NCBI GenBank assembly: GCA_052426225.1
Contig: JBNJNM010000021.1
Coordinates: forward strand, 124,001-188,000
Source: Zancudomyces culisetae HAW-14-8
Lineage: Eukaryota > Fungi > Kickxellomycota
Direction of reading: 5' to 3'
Length of the DNA: 64,000 nt
The notes beneath the pieces are model-generated. The model saw only the letters and a list, made by a program, of their open reading frames with translations. It did no database searches and was not told the origin of the DNA. Position numbers and translations under genes: made by a program. Within the stretch, counting starts at the first letter, position 1, and the number at the start of each line of letters is the position of its first letter. Shown here piece by piece: positions 31,091 to 44,100 of this stretch.

Positions 31091-33506
31091 TTCTTTACGT
31101 AACTTTATTTCTTTATTTTTATCCTCGATGTTGGGGTTGATACTACATTTCAAAAAGGCTTTATTTGCCGGATTTCCTCCTACGATTCATAATTAGTAAT
31201 TTGACAAATATAAGTTCATAAAAGCTAATAAATATTTAAAACATAAAAACCGTTCTGCCAAGTGCATGTAATATCCGTTTCTCATATTTATAAATACCTT
31301 TCTTGCCTTCTCCACTTTCCAAGACAAGGCAAATTGCGTCTTAAAAATACTATCCCGCTTTTTTTTTCCACCCCCATCACTTTTTAATTGTTCTAGCAAA
31401 GAAGAAAGGGAAATTATTAAATAATCCACAACAAAGCTGAACAGTAAAACCATAACCAAAGACTGTTTTTTATATACAGTAGTTTGTAACTTATATATTA
31501 TTGATATACTGACATACTCAAATCAAAAATTTTGGTTCATCGAAGGATGGTATGGCTGGGGCCACGAGAAAAATGGTGCGAGTTAATTACCAAAAAGATC
31601 TGCCCGTTTAAATGAGAAATATTCACTTTTTTGTTTCATAAACACACTTTTATAGTGCTAATTATCAATAAACTCAAAAAATTGCAAGAGTTTTGACTAT
31701 TACATTAATATGGTCAAGGAATAATTATAAAATGTATTTGCTAGATAAACCTATTGTTGACTTGTAATAAGTAACTTGATAAAAAAAATATACAGCATAC
31801 TATGTTCATAAAAAACGCACGGCCACTAGTGCTCAGGCACTCACGTTTATGGCCAGGCATGTTACTTTTTACAAAAAACAGGGTTTTGTTCCATAGTTTT
31901 CTGGAAGAATTTGAGTAGTTGAAGGCACATAACTCTCAAGTGGTTCATTACTAACCATAATTCAGTATTCAGGTGAACTATCTTGTATCTGATGTATGAC
32001 TTTATTAGTGTATATATTAGCTATTGAGCGATTTGTGTCAAATGGTTAAAATCTCATAAACCAGGCTGGTTAGCATTGGAGTTAATTGAATAGAAGCCGG
32101 TAAAAAAGTGGGACCTTGTAGCCAGCAATGAAAAAAAAAGTGAACAGGGCTTTTAAAGCTTTCATAAAGGATATGGTTAGAGTCGAACAACTAAACTTGA
32201 ACTTGAGTGGAATAAGAAAGCAGGCTTCATTTGAACCAAACTGGTTTTGTGATTTGGGAATTTTGTCAATTTTTGTGTACTTTGTCTTTTTTATCATCTT
32301 TAGCATTTTTTCTATTTTTTCCATTTTTTCACTTTCTTTATACTTTTTTGGGACTCTATAAACATTGGGCTCTTATAGAGTCACTATTTTTTTGTGTAGC
32401 ATTCTGTTTTTCCATATACTTGCATCCATTTTTTGTCATCTCAAATTAGGGTTGGTTGATTTTCCTAAACCCATAACAATTATCATCCCAATATCACTGT
32501 TCTAAACAATATAACAACAAAAAAGAGAATCCGCAGGTTGTATTTTTTGCAAGTTAACATGATCATACGATTTTATTTTTTAAGTGTCGCTTTTTTTCAG
32601 TTGATACACCATCATTATAGGTGAAAATCAGGTTAAGAAAAGAGTGGTGTAGTTAGCTTGACTGCTAACAAGAGTTGGTGTTGCATATTTCACTGTTTTA
32701 TAGATTTTTTGCTAGGAAATATGAATGTTTGATTTCAGCTCGATTTGATTATCCTACATCATTCTTCTATCTCCGCTTTTAAAACTGTTAAATTATGGTA
32801 TCGCTTTTTTACAGCATATTATTAGCCATCGTACATAAAAAAGCAGTCAATTTAAAACCAGTTAAAAAATGTAACCTTATTAATTTTTTTCTGGTTTGTT
32901 TATAAAGCTCAAAATAGATCGTATGTATTGTAAAGATTAGCATTCATTCATACTTTGCGAAAAGCGTTCTTTAGACCAAATTTCAATGAAAAGTGAATTT
33001 CAGCAATTATAAGAAAATAGATGATCAATTCTCGAAGCCTCAAAAAGTGATACATTAATTCAATATCAAAACCACATTTTTTGAAATAACGATTTGGATT
33101 GTAACCTAGTAAAAATGGGGAAAAAAATGTTCTTTATTTACATAATAACGCTTAGTTTAAAATAATATACGATACGATACATGTTATTTTGAGAGCACAT
33201 TACAGCAAAATAGCTACCAAAGTTGAAAGTATTGTGTTTTTAGAAGATACGTTGTATTTGTGGTGGATTGATATAACTCAACTTAAGCGTTTGCACTCTC
33301 AAATACGAGTAATATATGCGCTTGCAAAAAAGTATAAATAGGCCATCATCGACGTCACTACTTAACAGCATAAAGCTTCACAAGTATACTCTACTCTGAC
33401 GTTTATTCATTACTACAATAGCAATAAAGACAAGTAAATTATATTTCAGCAGACCAGCTTAAACTAAATTGTATATCAATAGAGCCGATACAAGCAACAT
33501 TTAAAA

Positions 33507-35090
33507 ATGAAAGTTTTAGTACTCACGCTGATACTCTCTTCACTGAGAGTAGGAGTAAACGCAGCCGCAATACGTCATGAGCCAATGCATCTTAGAGACT
33601 ATGAACCATCTACATCTCAGGATACGGAATACTCACATACAGTAGAAGATGTGTATCCAGTTGCCACATATGTAGAATCTGTAACCAGCACATATGAATC
33701 ATATGACTCAGACAAAAAGACTGACGCAGAGGAGTACCAATCAGAGGTTCGTCCAAAATACTACCGAAGAAGAAATGGTGGTGGCGGTGGTGGTCGTGGA
33801 GGAGGTGGAGGTGGATTTAGCGGGGGACGTGGAGGAATGGGAGGAGCTGGTGGATTTAGTGGAGGTCGAGGAGGAATGGGAGGAGCCGGTGGATTTAGTG
33901 GGGGACGTGGAGGAATGGGAGGAGCCGGTGGATTTAGTGGAGGTCGAGGAGGAATGGGAGGAGCCGGTGGATTTAGTGGGGGACGTGGAAGTAATCAAAT
34001 GAGCGGAGGAAGCCGTGCAAATGGTAATGGCAATGGGAACATCGGAAATGGAAATGGTAATGGCAACACTGGAAGTGGCAATGGTAATGGCAACATCGGA
34101 AGTGGCAATGGTAATTTCAACAAAGGAAGTGGCAACGGTAACTTCAACAACGGATTTCTGAATGGAAATGGCAACACCGGAAGCGGTAATGGTAATTTCA
34201 ACAAAGGAAGTGGAAATGGTAACCTCAACAACGGATTTTTGAATGGAAATGGAAACATCGGAAGTGGTAATGGCAATTTCAACAAAGGAAGTGGAAATGG
34301 CAACCTCAACAACGGATTTCTGAATGGAAATGGCAACACCGGAAGCGGTAATGGTAATTTCAACAAAGGAAGTGGAAATGGTAACCTCAACAACGGATCT
34401 TTGAATGGCAATGGAAACATCGGAAGTGGTAATGGTAATTTTAACAAAGGAAGTGGAAATGGCAACCTCAACAACGGATCTTTGAATGGCAATGGAAACA
34501 TCGGAAGTGGTAATGGCAATTTCAACAAAGGAAGTGGAAATGGTAACCTCAACAACGGAAATGGTAATGGTAATGGCAACACCGGAAATGGTAATGGTAA
34601 TGGAAACAACGGAAATGGAAATGGTAATGGCAACACCGGAAATGGTAATGGTAATGGCAACAACGGAAATAACAATGGAAATGGTAACAACGGAAATAAC
34701 AATGGAAATGGTAACGGTGGAGGAGGTGGAGGAGGTGGAGGAGGTGGTGGTGGAGGAGGTGGTGGTGGAGGAGGAGGTGGTGGTGGTGGTGGAGGAGGAG
34801 GTGGTGGTGGTGGTGGTGGAGGAGGTGGTGGTGGTGGTGGTGGAGGAGGTGGTGGACACGGCCACGGACACGGCCACGGACATAAGGATAAGTACGGCCA
34901 TGATGGTGATCGCAGACATCGTGGAATTGGCATCCCTGTACTTGCAGATGTGGTTGGAGTTGGGGTTGTTGTTGATACTGATGATCATAATAAAGACTGT
35001 ACAGACAATGAGTACGGCGATGGTAAGAAGTGTAGCACAGCATATACCAGCAAACATGAAACCTATACCAGCAAGCATAAGACTTACTAA
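33507..35090 (+). CDS. Secreted Gly/Asn-rich repetitive protein (family B, copy 2)
   Basis: N-terminal region matches copy 1. Six ~27-aa units GNGN(T/I)GSGNGNFNKGSGNGNLNNG(F/S)LN, a 47-Gly tract (34716-34856) and the same C-terminal module. Confidence 0.88.
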   Translation: MKVLVLTLILSSLRVGVNAAAIRHEPMHLRDYEPSTSQDTEYSHTVEDVYPVATYVESVTSTYESYDSDKKTDAEEYQSEVRPKYYRRRNGGGGGGRGGGGGGFSGGRGGMGGAGGFSGGRGGMGGAGGFSGGRGGMGGAGGFSGGRGGMGGAGGFSGGRGSNQMSGGSRANGNGNGNIGNGNGNGNTGSGNGNGNIGSGNGNFNKGSGNGNFNNGFLNGNGNTGSGNGNFNKGSGNGNLNNGFLNGNGNIGSGNGNFNKGSGNGNLNNGFLNGNGNTGSGNGNFNKGSGNGNLNNGSLNGNGNIGSGNGNFNKGSGNGNLNNGSLNGNGNIGSGNGNFNKGSGNGNLNNGNGNGNGNTGNGNGNGNNGNGNGNGNTGNGNGNGNNGNNNGNGNNGNNNGNGNGGGGGGGGGGGGGGGGGGGGGGGGGGGGGGGGGGGGGGGGGGGGGGGHGHGHGHGHKDKYGHDGDRRHRGIGIPVLADVVGVGVVVDTDDHNKDCTDNEYGDGKKCSTAYTSKHETYTSKHKTY

Positions 35091-35637
35091 TTCTTTACGT
35101 AACTTTATTTCGTTTATTTTCACACTCAGTACAGGGCTTAGTGCTACATTTTAAAAAATATTTAATTGTTTAATTTTCTCCTGTGGATTAGCCATGGGTG
35201 CTTTACAAATATAATCGCATAATAAAAGATAATATAAATACTTACAGTTTATGGAATGTCGAATCATATCAGAAACTTTTAGCGTTTATTACCTGATAGA
35301 GATGTAAGCATTTGAACCAACTACATATCTTTCTGTTGTAAATACACATGATTGTCCTGAAAACATCATCTTGCGTTTTCCTCTACTTTCAATCTAACCT
35401 TTTTTCGTCACCGTGACAAATGTAGATGGTAGAATACTTAAACCTTGATGTTGATGGAAATAAAAACGTGAAAATTTTTTCTTGGTGCTCTGTACTTTGC
35501 AATGCAAACAGGTCAAGTTCTGTTAAATATAGACAGGAAACGATAAGATCATTATTTATGGATACCGAAAAAAGCAATCTAAAAAAATACAAAGATTAAG
35601 GTGTGGGGACTTGCAAACAAACGCGCTAAGCATATGG

Positions 35638-37049
35638 TTATTTTATTGATTTAGAAAACTCTTGAGGACTGACATAATCAGGTCGACTTTCGTTCCTCCC
35701 TTGCTCTATAGCCATCTTCGCAGATTGACCAGGATTTATAATCTTAACATAGTTCGATGGAAATAGTCCCTCACACCCATCCTTAGTCTTTCCTCGCCAC
35801 CATTGTGTGGGTTTTCCCCAAATGTCTACTTTGGATGTGATTGCTATTACATCACCAACTTTTAAGCTCAGCTCTGCTAGACTTTCCCCTTTGAAGTCAT
35901 AAATAGCTACCGCAAAATCATATTTAAACCGTTGGATGTTGTCACTTCTATTTTGCAGCTCTTCCTCCAATGGAATTCTACCTCCATCTTCTGCTAGCAA
36001 TTTATGCATCATTGTTATTCGTTGTTGCCTAGAAGCTATGCCCTTGATCAATCTAGTCAATAGATACGGAACACCGATAAGTACCGAGAGTAGTAGCAAT
36101 ACAATTTTTTTGTTTAACACACCACCACTTTTGGTTTGCTGTTTCTCAAACTCTTGAAACCCGTCTACGCTTATCTTATCTTTATCTACTGGCATCTGTT
36201 TGCGTGTTAGCCAATACCAGAATCTTTTTATTGTTGCTATACTTTCGTTATCGCTTAGTGCTTTGCCTAAAAATCCTTTAAGCAGGCCAAATTGCTCGAT
36301 TACACCCAAAACTGCCATAAATGACGAGTGCGTTGCAAAAAAAGTTGACTCTAGCATTCTGGAAAATCCTCCAAACGCCCCTACAACACTTTCGACAAGT
36401 TGAAAGGTCGCGCGAGTGTTTGCATCTAATGTTTGTGTCAAAGACATTGGTCCTCCACCTAATGCACCTTGTTGCCCTGGCTGATAGTACCCGCCGCCCA
36501 TACCACCGCCCATACCACCATACATACCACCACCCATACCACCGTACCCATTATATCCACCGTATCCGCCATACCCTCCTCCATAACTTCCAAGTCCACC
36601 ATATCCGCCATATCCTCCTCCATAACTTCCAAGCCCCCCATATCCATTATATCCATTCCCATACATCCCGCTATTATTTAATAACCCACCAGTTCCTAAC
36701 CCTGCAGGCTGCTGGTTTTCTGCTGGTGATCGTTCTATTTTAGTTTTAATATTACCATCAATAAATAATCCACATTTTTTAACTCATAGCCAATTCATTG
36801 AAAAAATAGAAACAATAAAATTATTAAAGAGGGGAAGGGGGGGGGGGGGTACTCACCAATGCCATTAGCACCATTATTTCCTAAAGCTGGGCTCGTGCCA
36901 TCCGCAACACCGACATTGAGCGTTTCTGTTGTTGGCTGTGACTGAGATGATAAATTTGAAGACGAGGTTAAATTCGTATTGCCTACTGCTTCACCCATCT
37001 GTGTAGTTGTTGCTCCCGAAGTTTCCCATGGTTTTGGGGGGGAATCCAT
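35638..37049 (-). CDS. PEX13: Peroxin 13 (2 exons: 37049-36857 and 36734-35638)
   Basis: SPPKPWE N-terminus, YG-rich region, TFQLVESVVGAFGGFSRMLESTFFATHSSF and a C-terminal SH3 domain. The intron GTGAGT...TAG keeps the frame. Confidence 0.95.
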
Positions 37050-38672
37050 GTTGTATGTACACAGGTATATATGTTTTTTCTCTCTACTTACTAGGTACCA
37101 ATCGTGGTGTTGAGATTATGATCCAACCCTTGTGGCCTGGAGTAAAACGATAAGGATGCGGTTTGTATTTTTGACCCTGCTGGAGTCTTATGATTCAAGG
37201 TTGTTGTATTTTATAAGAAGGTTATAGCTTTTAATTAAATCCACCTTTAGTAGTTGCTATTTTTTAATCTGATGAGCATTGCAAATGCGAATTAAATAAT
37301 CATTCAAGTTTTATGAAAATTTCGAAACTTGAAAAACATAAAACAATTAAGAAATTACAGGAGCAGTTTGAGTTTTCACATGTATAACAGGAAGAAGTGC
37401 TCATTTAATTGGCAGGATAAATCTGGTTTTCGTATTTCAAGCCAATAGAAACAATGTTTTACAGATGTTTTACTAACCAAAAGTGTTAGCAAAAAAATTA
37501 TAAAAATTGAATAATGGTTTTAATGTTAGTGGAAACAGATGATTACAGAATATATGTTCTTATCTTTCACAGCATATTGTGTGGTTTAGTCGAAACACAG
37601 ATTCCAGGGTCTGTTATACATTTCAAGTATAAATAGCTGAAAACACCTTATTTTATGCTCCAGACTAATATTAAAAAAAATGTAATAAAGGCTCGGAAAA
37701 AATGATTTACAATACTCAGTTGCTGCCATTCCTTTTCAAAAATCACCAGTATTATACACGAGAACTAAAGCTACAGTCCTTAACTGTGGATAGGTATCAA
37801 AATATGTTATCACCATTCTCATATGTAGAATTGTATAGTACACTCTCCCAAAAAGTACATCCCTTCTCAATTGTAACTGACTCTCACTATTCGGCCTCCT
37901 GTCAACCACACTGTTGCTGCTACTCTAGCTAGTAGATACTGCTTTTTCTATCCATCATCTTGTTTGACATTATGCATTTATATCACCCTATGCACCATTA
38001 AAATAATTTTACCTTTACCTCATTTAACTACTCTCTTATCAGCCTCATTTTGCTAGCTTTTTTCAAGCGGTGATATGGAAACAATATATATCCATAAAAG
38101 ATAGGCACCATACATCCATTGAGTGCCACTACAGACGGAAATTCGGAGTTTGTTACCACATCAGTGACTCTTCATAGCGTATAATCAAGTGTTAGAGAGC
38201 TTACAAGTGTCAATCTTTTGTTTTAAAGGGCCTCTTTACCCCCCCCCCCCCTTTTTTTTTTTTGATTGACTTTATTGCATCCACTGTTGAGGTTGTTTGT
38301 CATTTACAGATGAAACTATGGTGTCTGCCCAGTATTTAAGATAATCAAATATTTTTAACACATTTTCTTTGGCTTCAATATATGGAAACTGCTAATTTTT
38401 CATTGTGTACTTTCGATTAGCTATAGAAACAGGTATAGTTAATAAATAAACAAGCAAAACAGACTAAACAAACAGTAGTCGCGACATGCGATATGTAAAC
38501 CATCCTCTTTAAATCTAAACTCAATGCTACAAGAGATCTCTCTAAAACGCAAAAAGATAATTATGTAAACTAAAATATTGGGATGGAGGTGTATTGGGTA
38601 GATGAAGGCAAAGTAATGCTATGCTCGTTTGAAATGAGCAATGTAAAACAACACGAGTAAAACCATAGTGGC

Positions 38673-40085
38673 TTAATTTCCGAGTTTCATTTTTGAAAAA
38701 AGAATCTCTGGTCGAACCCTATCGTGGTAGCTCCAAACGGACTTGTTTTTTTCTTTTTTCAAAAGATCAATGGGCTTATCAACTTGGGTCATACAGAAAT
38801 GACTTCCACAGGTACCTTTGTGCTTTTTGCGGCAGTTTTCACATTGTATAAATAGAATGTTGCACGACATGTTCGCACAATTTGTAAATGTATCACAAGG
38901 TTCATTGCATTGATCACAGCGACCAACAATATCTTGAGTCACTGGTTCACCCAGCCTTTTGTCGAATGTGAAGTTTTTCCCTATAAACAAAGACTGGATT
39001 TCTCTCGATTCAGAACTTTTTTCTTTTGACACATTTTTCAACCACTTTCCATAGGCAATTACACCACCCTTCAATGTTTTTACATTAGAAAAGCCCTCAG
39101 ATTTAAGTATTGCTCCAGCTACTGAGCACCTGATCCCACCTGTACAATACATGTATATCTCTTTCTCTTTTTTATCACCATATTTCTCCCTGACATAATC
39201 CATTTCTTCTCTAAAGGTATCAACGTCAGGACATTCAGCATCTTTAAACTTACCTACTTTAAATTCGTATGTATTGCGCATGTCTATCAATACTTTCTCT
39301 CCCTGCTTTTCTTCCAGTTGTTCGTGCCATTGCTGCGGGGTTAAATATTCAGGTTCATTTTTAAGTGTTTCAAGATCAAGCGTTGTCCCAGCAGCTACAA
39401 GTGGGCGTATTCTAACATGAAATCTTTTGAATGCTCGTTCGTGGCTCAGTCCAAAGTTAAATGGAGGAATAGTACCTCTTAGAATTTCACTTCTTTCAAT
39501 CAACGCCCGCAAAAGTCTTACTTTGCTACCTAAAAGACTCACTTGCGCATTTATCCCATTTTCGTCGATATAGATTCTCCCTGTTATTGCTCTAGTATCC
39601 ACTGGTTTGGCCTTTGTAAGCTTTCTGATCTGACTCCTTATTCTATCTTCGTACTCAAAATTGTCCAGTGCCCTTTCTATATCACTGCTATTTTCTAAAT
39701 CATCTTGTGCCATTATTTTACTCCAGGATAACAATTCTTTTTTCAATTCCTCCAGCTTGGTTTTTTCGATAGCTTTAAAAGCATAAAATGAAGCTGTAAT
39801 ATACCCATCCTTGCTTTCAAAATCCTTTACGCTACCATCCATATCTATATTATAATTTTGAAAATTCTCTTTTGAGTGTAAATAGCTATACGTTTTCGAT
39901 TTCCCTAGCTCGTTACACCCACTGGTAGTACTACAAAGCCTGAACTTGATTGACGTGATTGCATTCTTTGCGAGTTTGACAGACTTCGCCACCTTGAATG
40001 GTTCGGTGTGCCGACCAAGATGCTCCCATTTGTTAGCCCCGATATTTTTTGAGAATGAATATAAATTCTTACTTCTTGAAAGCAT
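38673..40085 (-). CDS. TrhO/YceA (UPF0176) rhodanese-domain protein, putative tRNA U34 hydroxylase, with putative mitochondrial presequence
   Basis: GRIYIDENGINAQ, IDMRNTYEFKVGKF, YCTGGIRC, LKGGVIAY, FIGKNFTFDKRLGE and a Cys-rich C-terminal domain. Confidence 0.85.
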   Translation of the reverse strand: MLSRSKNLYSFSKNIGANKWEHLGRHTEPFKVAKSVKLAKNAITSIKFRLCSTTSGCNELGKSKTYSYLHSKENFQNYNIDMDGSVKDFESKDGYITASFYAFKAIEKTKLEELKKELLSWSKIMAQDDLENSSDIERALDNFEYEDRIRSQIRKLTKAKPVDTRAITGRIYIDENGINAQVSLLGSKVRLLRALIERSEILRGTIPPFNFGLSHERAFKRFHVRIRPLVAAGTTLDLETLKNEPEYLTPQQWHEQLEEKQGEKVLIDMRNTYEFKVGKFKDAECPDVDTFREEMDYVREKYGDKKEKEIYMYCTGGIRCSVAGAILKSEGFSNVKTLKGGVIAYGKWLKNVSKEKSSESREIQSLFIGKNFTFDKRLGEPVTQDIVGRCDQCNEPCDTFTNCANMSCNILFIQCENCRKKHKGTCGSHFCMTQVDKPIDLLKKEKNKSVWSYHDRVRPEILFSKMKLGN

Positions 40086-42707
40086 CTTTTCTGTACCTGC
40101 GTATAAAATTTATATTTTATCAATGAAATTTGGATTGCTTTGTGCACGTCTGTTGTCTTTTCCAATCTAGATTCTTGAAGCGTCTGCTTCTCAAAGAATT
40201 TTTATCCTCTTATATGAGTAAAGAAACCAGAAGAATGGTATTTTCTAATTAACCCCAAATATCCAAGTGTTTCTAGGTGTATTTTTCGTAGCGATATGAT
40301 ATTGATCCTGCCAATTGACTAATTAAAGATACAAGTAGATGTTTGACCCTTGCTTTTAAAAGCAACCAAGCTTTTGTTAAAGTAAATGTAGGAAATATGG
40401 AAAACAAAGATGGAATTTCATGTTATGCTCTTGGTTAAACATCCCTATCCCATAAACCTTATTTGATTTTTTTTCCTATTAACCATTCTGGGGCTCTAAA
40501 ATTTTTTGTTAAGTTTGGATCATACTTTTTTTATGGTGATTTATTACTACAGGCTATGATTGGGTTAGTTGATCCCACATTATTTGAATATGTTGACAGA
40601 TAAAAAATCAGCTGTTATTTTCTATAATTTCTAGACTTTTATTGGGCATTTCAATAACTGGAAAAAAAATAGGCACCGCATTTAATGAATCGGCTGGATT
40701 CACCATACTTTTCCCGTTTTTATGTTGACAAATTCTTGGTATTATGTCTTTGAATCCGGTTTTTTCTTTCTTGACTTGTTTGTGATAGTGGTAGTTAAAA
40801 GTATTTCCATTATGGCAGACAAAGTGAATGTGTGGCTGGTAAAGTTAGTACTATAAAATCCACTGAGCACAGCTTTGCTTATATTGATACCAAGTTGTCT
40901 TGTACACATTTACTTCCCATCTACTCCCCTATCCAAAATATCAACGCCCAGAAAAGTGAGTATATCTACACTTCCAAAAAAAAAATGATGGGTTATTATT
41001 CTTTGCTTTTTCTGGTTTCTGTCACTGACATATATTCCCAGTCGCTGAATAAAAACCATAAAGGCGATTATCTCTTGTTTTTAAAATGTAGTAGAAACAG
41101 ATGAACTAAAATTAGTTATGACTAAGATAAAATATATATATGTGCATTGGATAAAAACGCTAAAATACAAAAAGGAAAAAAAAAACTAAGTATCATTATT
41201 AACCAGGTTGCACTAGGAGGCTAGTAGACCTCTATTTTAACAGGTACACAACATGAATGTTTTGCAAAAAAAAAAAGTGTGATTTGTATTGTATTGCGCT
41301 TTTGTACATTTTCCTTTCATGATTCCTGTTTAATCTTAAGATAAAAACTTTACAAATACAACTTTGGGAAAGCTTTTACACCCAGAATAAAAAAAAATAA
41401 AACCCCGCTATTCTTCTTGGTATCGAGTTTTCTTTTTTTACAAAAGAAAAAAGGCGAGCACTACGTACTGCCACGTTCTATTTCTATATAACCAACTATA
41501 ACACAAGTAAAAGTGGCAGTGGTGCTAGCGGTAGAGGAAAAGAGTTAGATACTGACCAGCGTCCTTTTTTTAAAAAATAACTATGTCTAGAAAAAAGAAA
41601 ACGGTGTTGTAGTGATAATAGACTAAAACAGAGTTCTTTTTCCCAGTAGCACTTTATGGTGTACTTTTTGCAAAGTATAAAAACCTGGGACAAACACTTA
41701 TCAAGTGGTGGATACGATTTTCTTTATTTTTCTTTCACTTTATTTTTCTTTTGCTATATTCATTGTTGATATAAGCTTTAAAGGGTTGATTTGGAGTTAC
41801 AATATTGCTATGGCGCCTTCGGGCTGAGCAAATTGAAACTCTGAAAATTGAACACTCGTTGAAAAAGCAACACCAGTTTGAATGGAGGTATCACTATTTG
41901 TTGTTATCAAAAGGAAAAAAGCAAAAAAACACCCTAAAGTGCTTTAAACACCGAATGACTGGTGAGTTGGTATCAACTATCAGTATGTCAAGCAATCCAG
42001 AAAAAGATGATTGATTGCTCGAATAGAAATTTCTTTTCCAACTCATTTTTGTTTTTTTTTATGGGAAATGCTAATCGCGACCTTTGTTGTTTTGATATCT
42101 AAAATCACACGACATCTCTACTGGAACTCATGTTATCCCATTTAACTTGTGTTTAGCAAAAAAATTAAATATGGCATCACAAAAGAGTTTTATTTAAAGA
42201 TAAAATGTGGTATCATTGTTTTGGGAAATCAAATAAACATTAAAGAAAAAGTACAAAATAATAATAAAAAATCTGAGATATCAACAAAAATGGCCCAAGT
42301 TTGATAATGCTGAAAATATAAACGAAAAACATCTTTCTTTGGCAAATGGAAACAAGTGCACTAGGTAAAAATCATAGCGAGGCTATCCACTTTACCATTA
42401 TTTTTTTTTTGCTCTAGTATTTATGAAATCCTACTTTGTTATTTTTGTTTATCGGTAAAAAGATAAATTATCAAATGTTCCTAAAAAAAATGAAAAATGA
42501 GAATTTAAAATGAAAACTAAAATGTAATAAATAAAAACAAATACATTAGATTAAGATAACCGAAAAAAATAATATTTTTGTTTTTTCAAGACACTTTTGA
42601 TTATAAACTTCGATAAAAAAAATTATTGCAAGTAAACTCAAAAGCTACCAAGTAGTATAGAAAACTAATTCCTAAGGTCTTAACAAAATCAGAGTAAATT
42701 TGGAAAC

Positions 42708-43768
42708 ATGATTGCGGGTTTGAAGTCAATGCCTTTGGCAAGAATGGTAGGTGAAACATAGAGGTTGTTTTAGACGAAAGTATATTGATGGTCCATATCC
42801 CATACTTACTTAAAAACAAGAGTAGAAATATAGTATTATATGCTTGAGCTAATGTAATCTCTGAATCATATTCTGATTCTAAAAAGAAGCTATACTAGAA
42901 AGCAACGTTATGTATTAAGCAAATGAGAAGTTGAGTGTGTGTGTGTGTAGAATTCATGGATTTGGCTACAGAATAAAGCGTAATTTATATATGATAGGGA
43001 AAGGATGTTCTTGTAAGAAACTTTGGAAGTTCTACAACATTGAAGATGGCGGCAGCACAAGCATCAAACATGAAGAAGTTCAAAGTGTACAGATGGAATC
43101 CAGAAAATCCTACGGAAAAGCCCAGAATGCAGGAATATGATGTGGATGTATCAGGAATTGGACCAATGGTACTTGATGCCTTGAATAAAATCAAGAATGA
43201 CATTGACCCAACCCTGACATTTAGACGCAGTTGCAGAGAGGGTATTTGCGGCTCGTGCGCAATGAACACTAACGGAGATAACGGATTGGCTTGCATCACA
43301 AGGATCCCAGATACACCTGAAGTCAAAATTTACCCACTGCCACACATGTACGTAGTGAAGGATTTGGTTCCAGATATGTCTTACTTCTACAAGCAATACG
43401 AATATGTTGAACCATGGCTTCAAAGAACCGACAAGGACGTTCCTGAAAGAGAATACCTACAATCAATTGCAGACAGACAAAAGCTTGACGGTTTGTACGA
43501 GTGCATTTTGTGTGCCTGTTGCAGCACAAGTTGCCCAAGTTACTGGTGGAATCAAGACCAGTACTTGGGTCCATCTATTTTGTTGCAAGCATACAGATGG
43601 ATGGTGGACTCCAGAGATCAGAATGGACCAGCAAGAAGAGTGAAGTTCCAAAATCCAATGAGCGTTTACAGATGCCATCAAATCATGAACTGTACCGCCA
43701 GTTGTCCAAAGGGCTTGAACCCTGGTGAGGCTGTTCAGAAACTCAGAGTGTTGATGTCCAAGGATTAA
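42708..43768 (+). CDS. SDH2: Succinate dehydrogenase iron-sulfur subunit (exon 1 42708-42746, exon 2 42998-43768)
   Basis: [51 protein letters not shown] phase-0 intron GTAGGT...ATAG joins the presequence [13 protein letters not shown] to [12 protein letters not shown]. Confidence 0.95.
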
Positions 43769-44100
43769 GTGATCTTTCTAATGTGCGCATAAACTCATAC
43801 GCGTATTTTTGGAACAAAGAAAGCATTAAAAACTTGAACAAGGAGGAAAATTGTCGGCTTTTTTTTTTTAGTTTCTCTATATCTAGCCTATTACCCTACC
43901 CTCGTTATTACTTGTCGGGCCATAGTTTTTTTTATATTTTTTACTTTTATCCTGAAAAATGGGAAAAGGGAATAATAAAGAGAGTATGTGGTAATATTAA
44001 CATTAAAAGAATATAGTAAAGACGCAATTATGAAGAACAAGGGAAAAGAGTAAGATGGGAAAGGTTGGTAGGTAGGAGGGAGTGGTGAAAAGAATGAAGT

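Noticed and set aside
29580-35154. Long alternative-frame and antisense ORFs over the Gly-rich genes (poly-Pro/LPLP, EEVEEV, HFLHFL, TSSTSS), also at 15556-16311 and 50746-53613
   Set aside because: These are expected shadows of GGN/AAY codon repeats, which lack stops in other frames. Only the signal-peptide frames have a coherent architecture.
42684-42702. CAGAGT upstream of SDH2 as an iron-responsive element
   Set aside because: The flanks do not form the required stem, and IRE control is not established for fungi.
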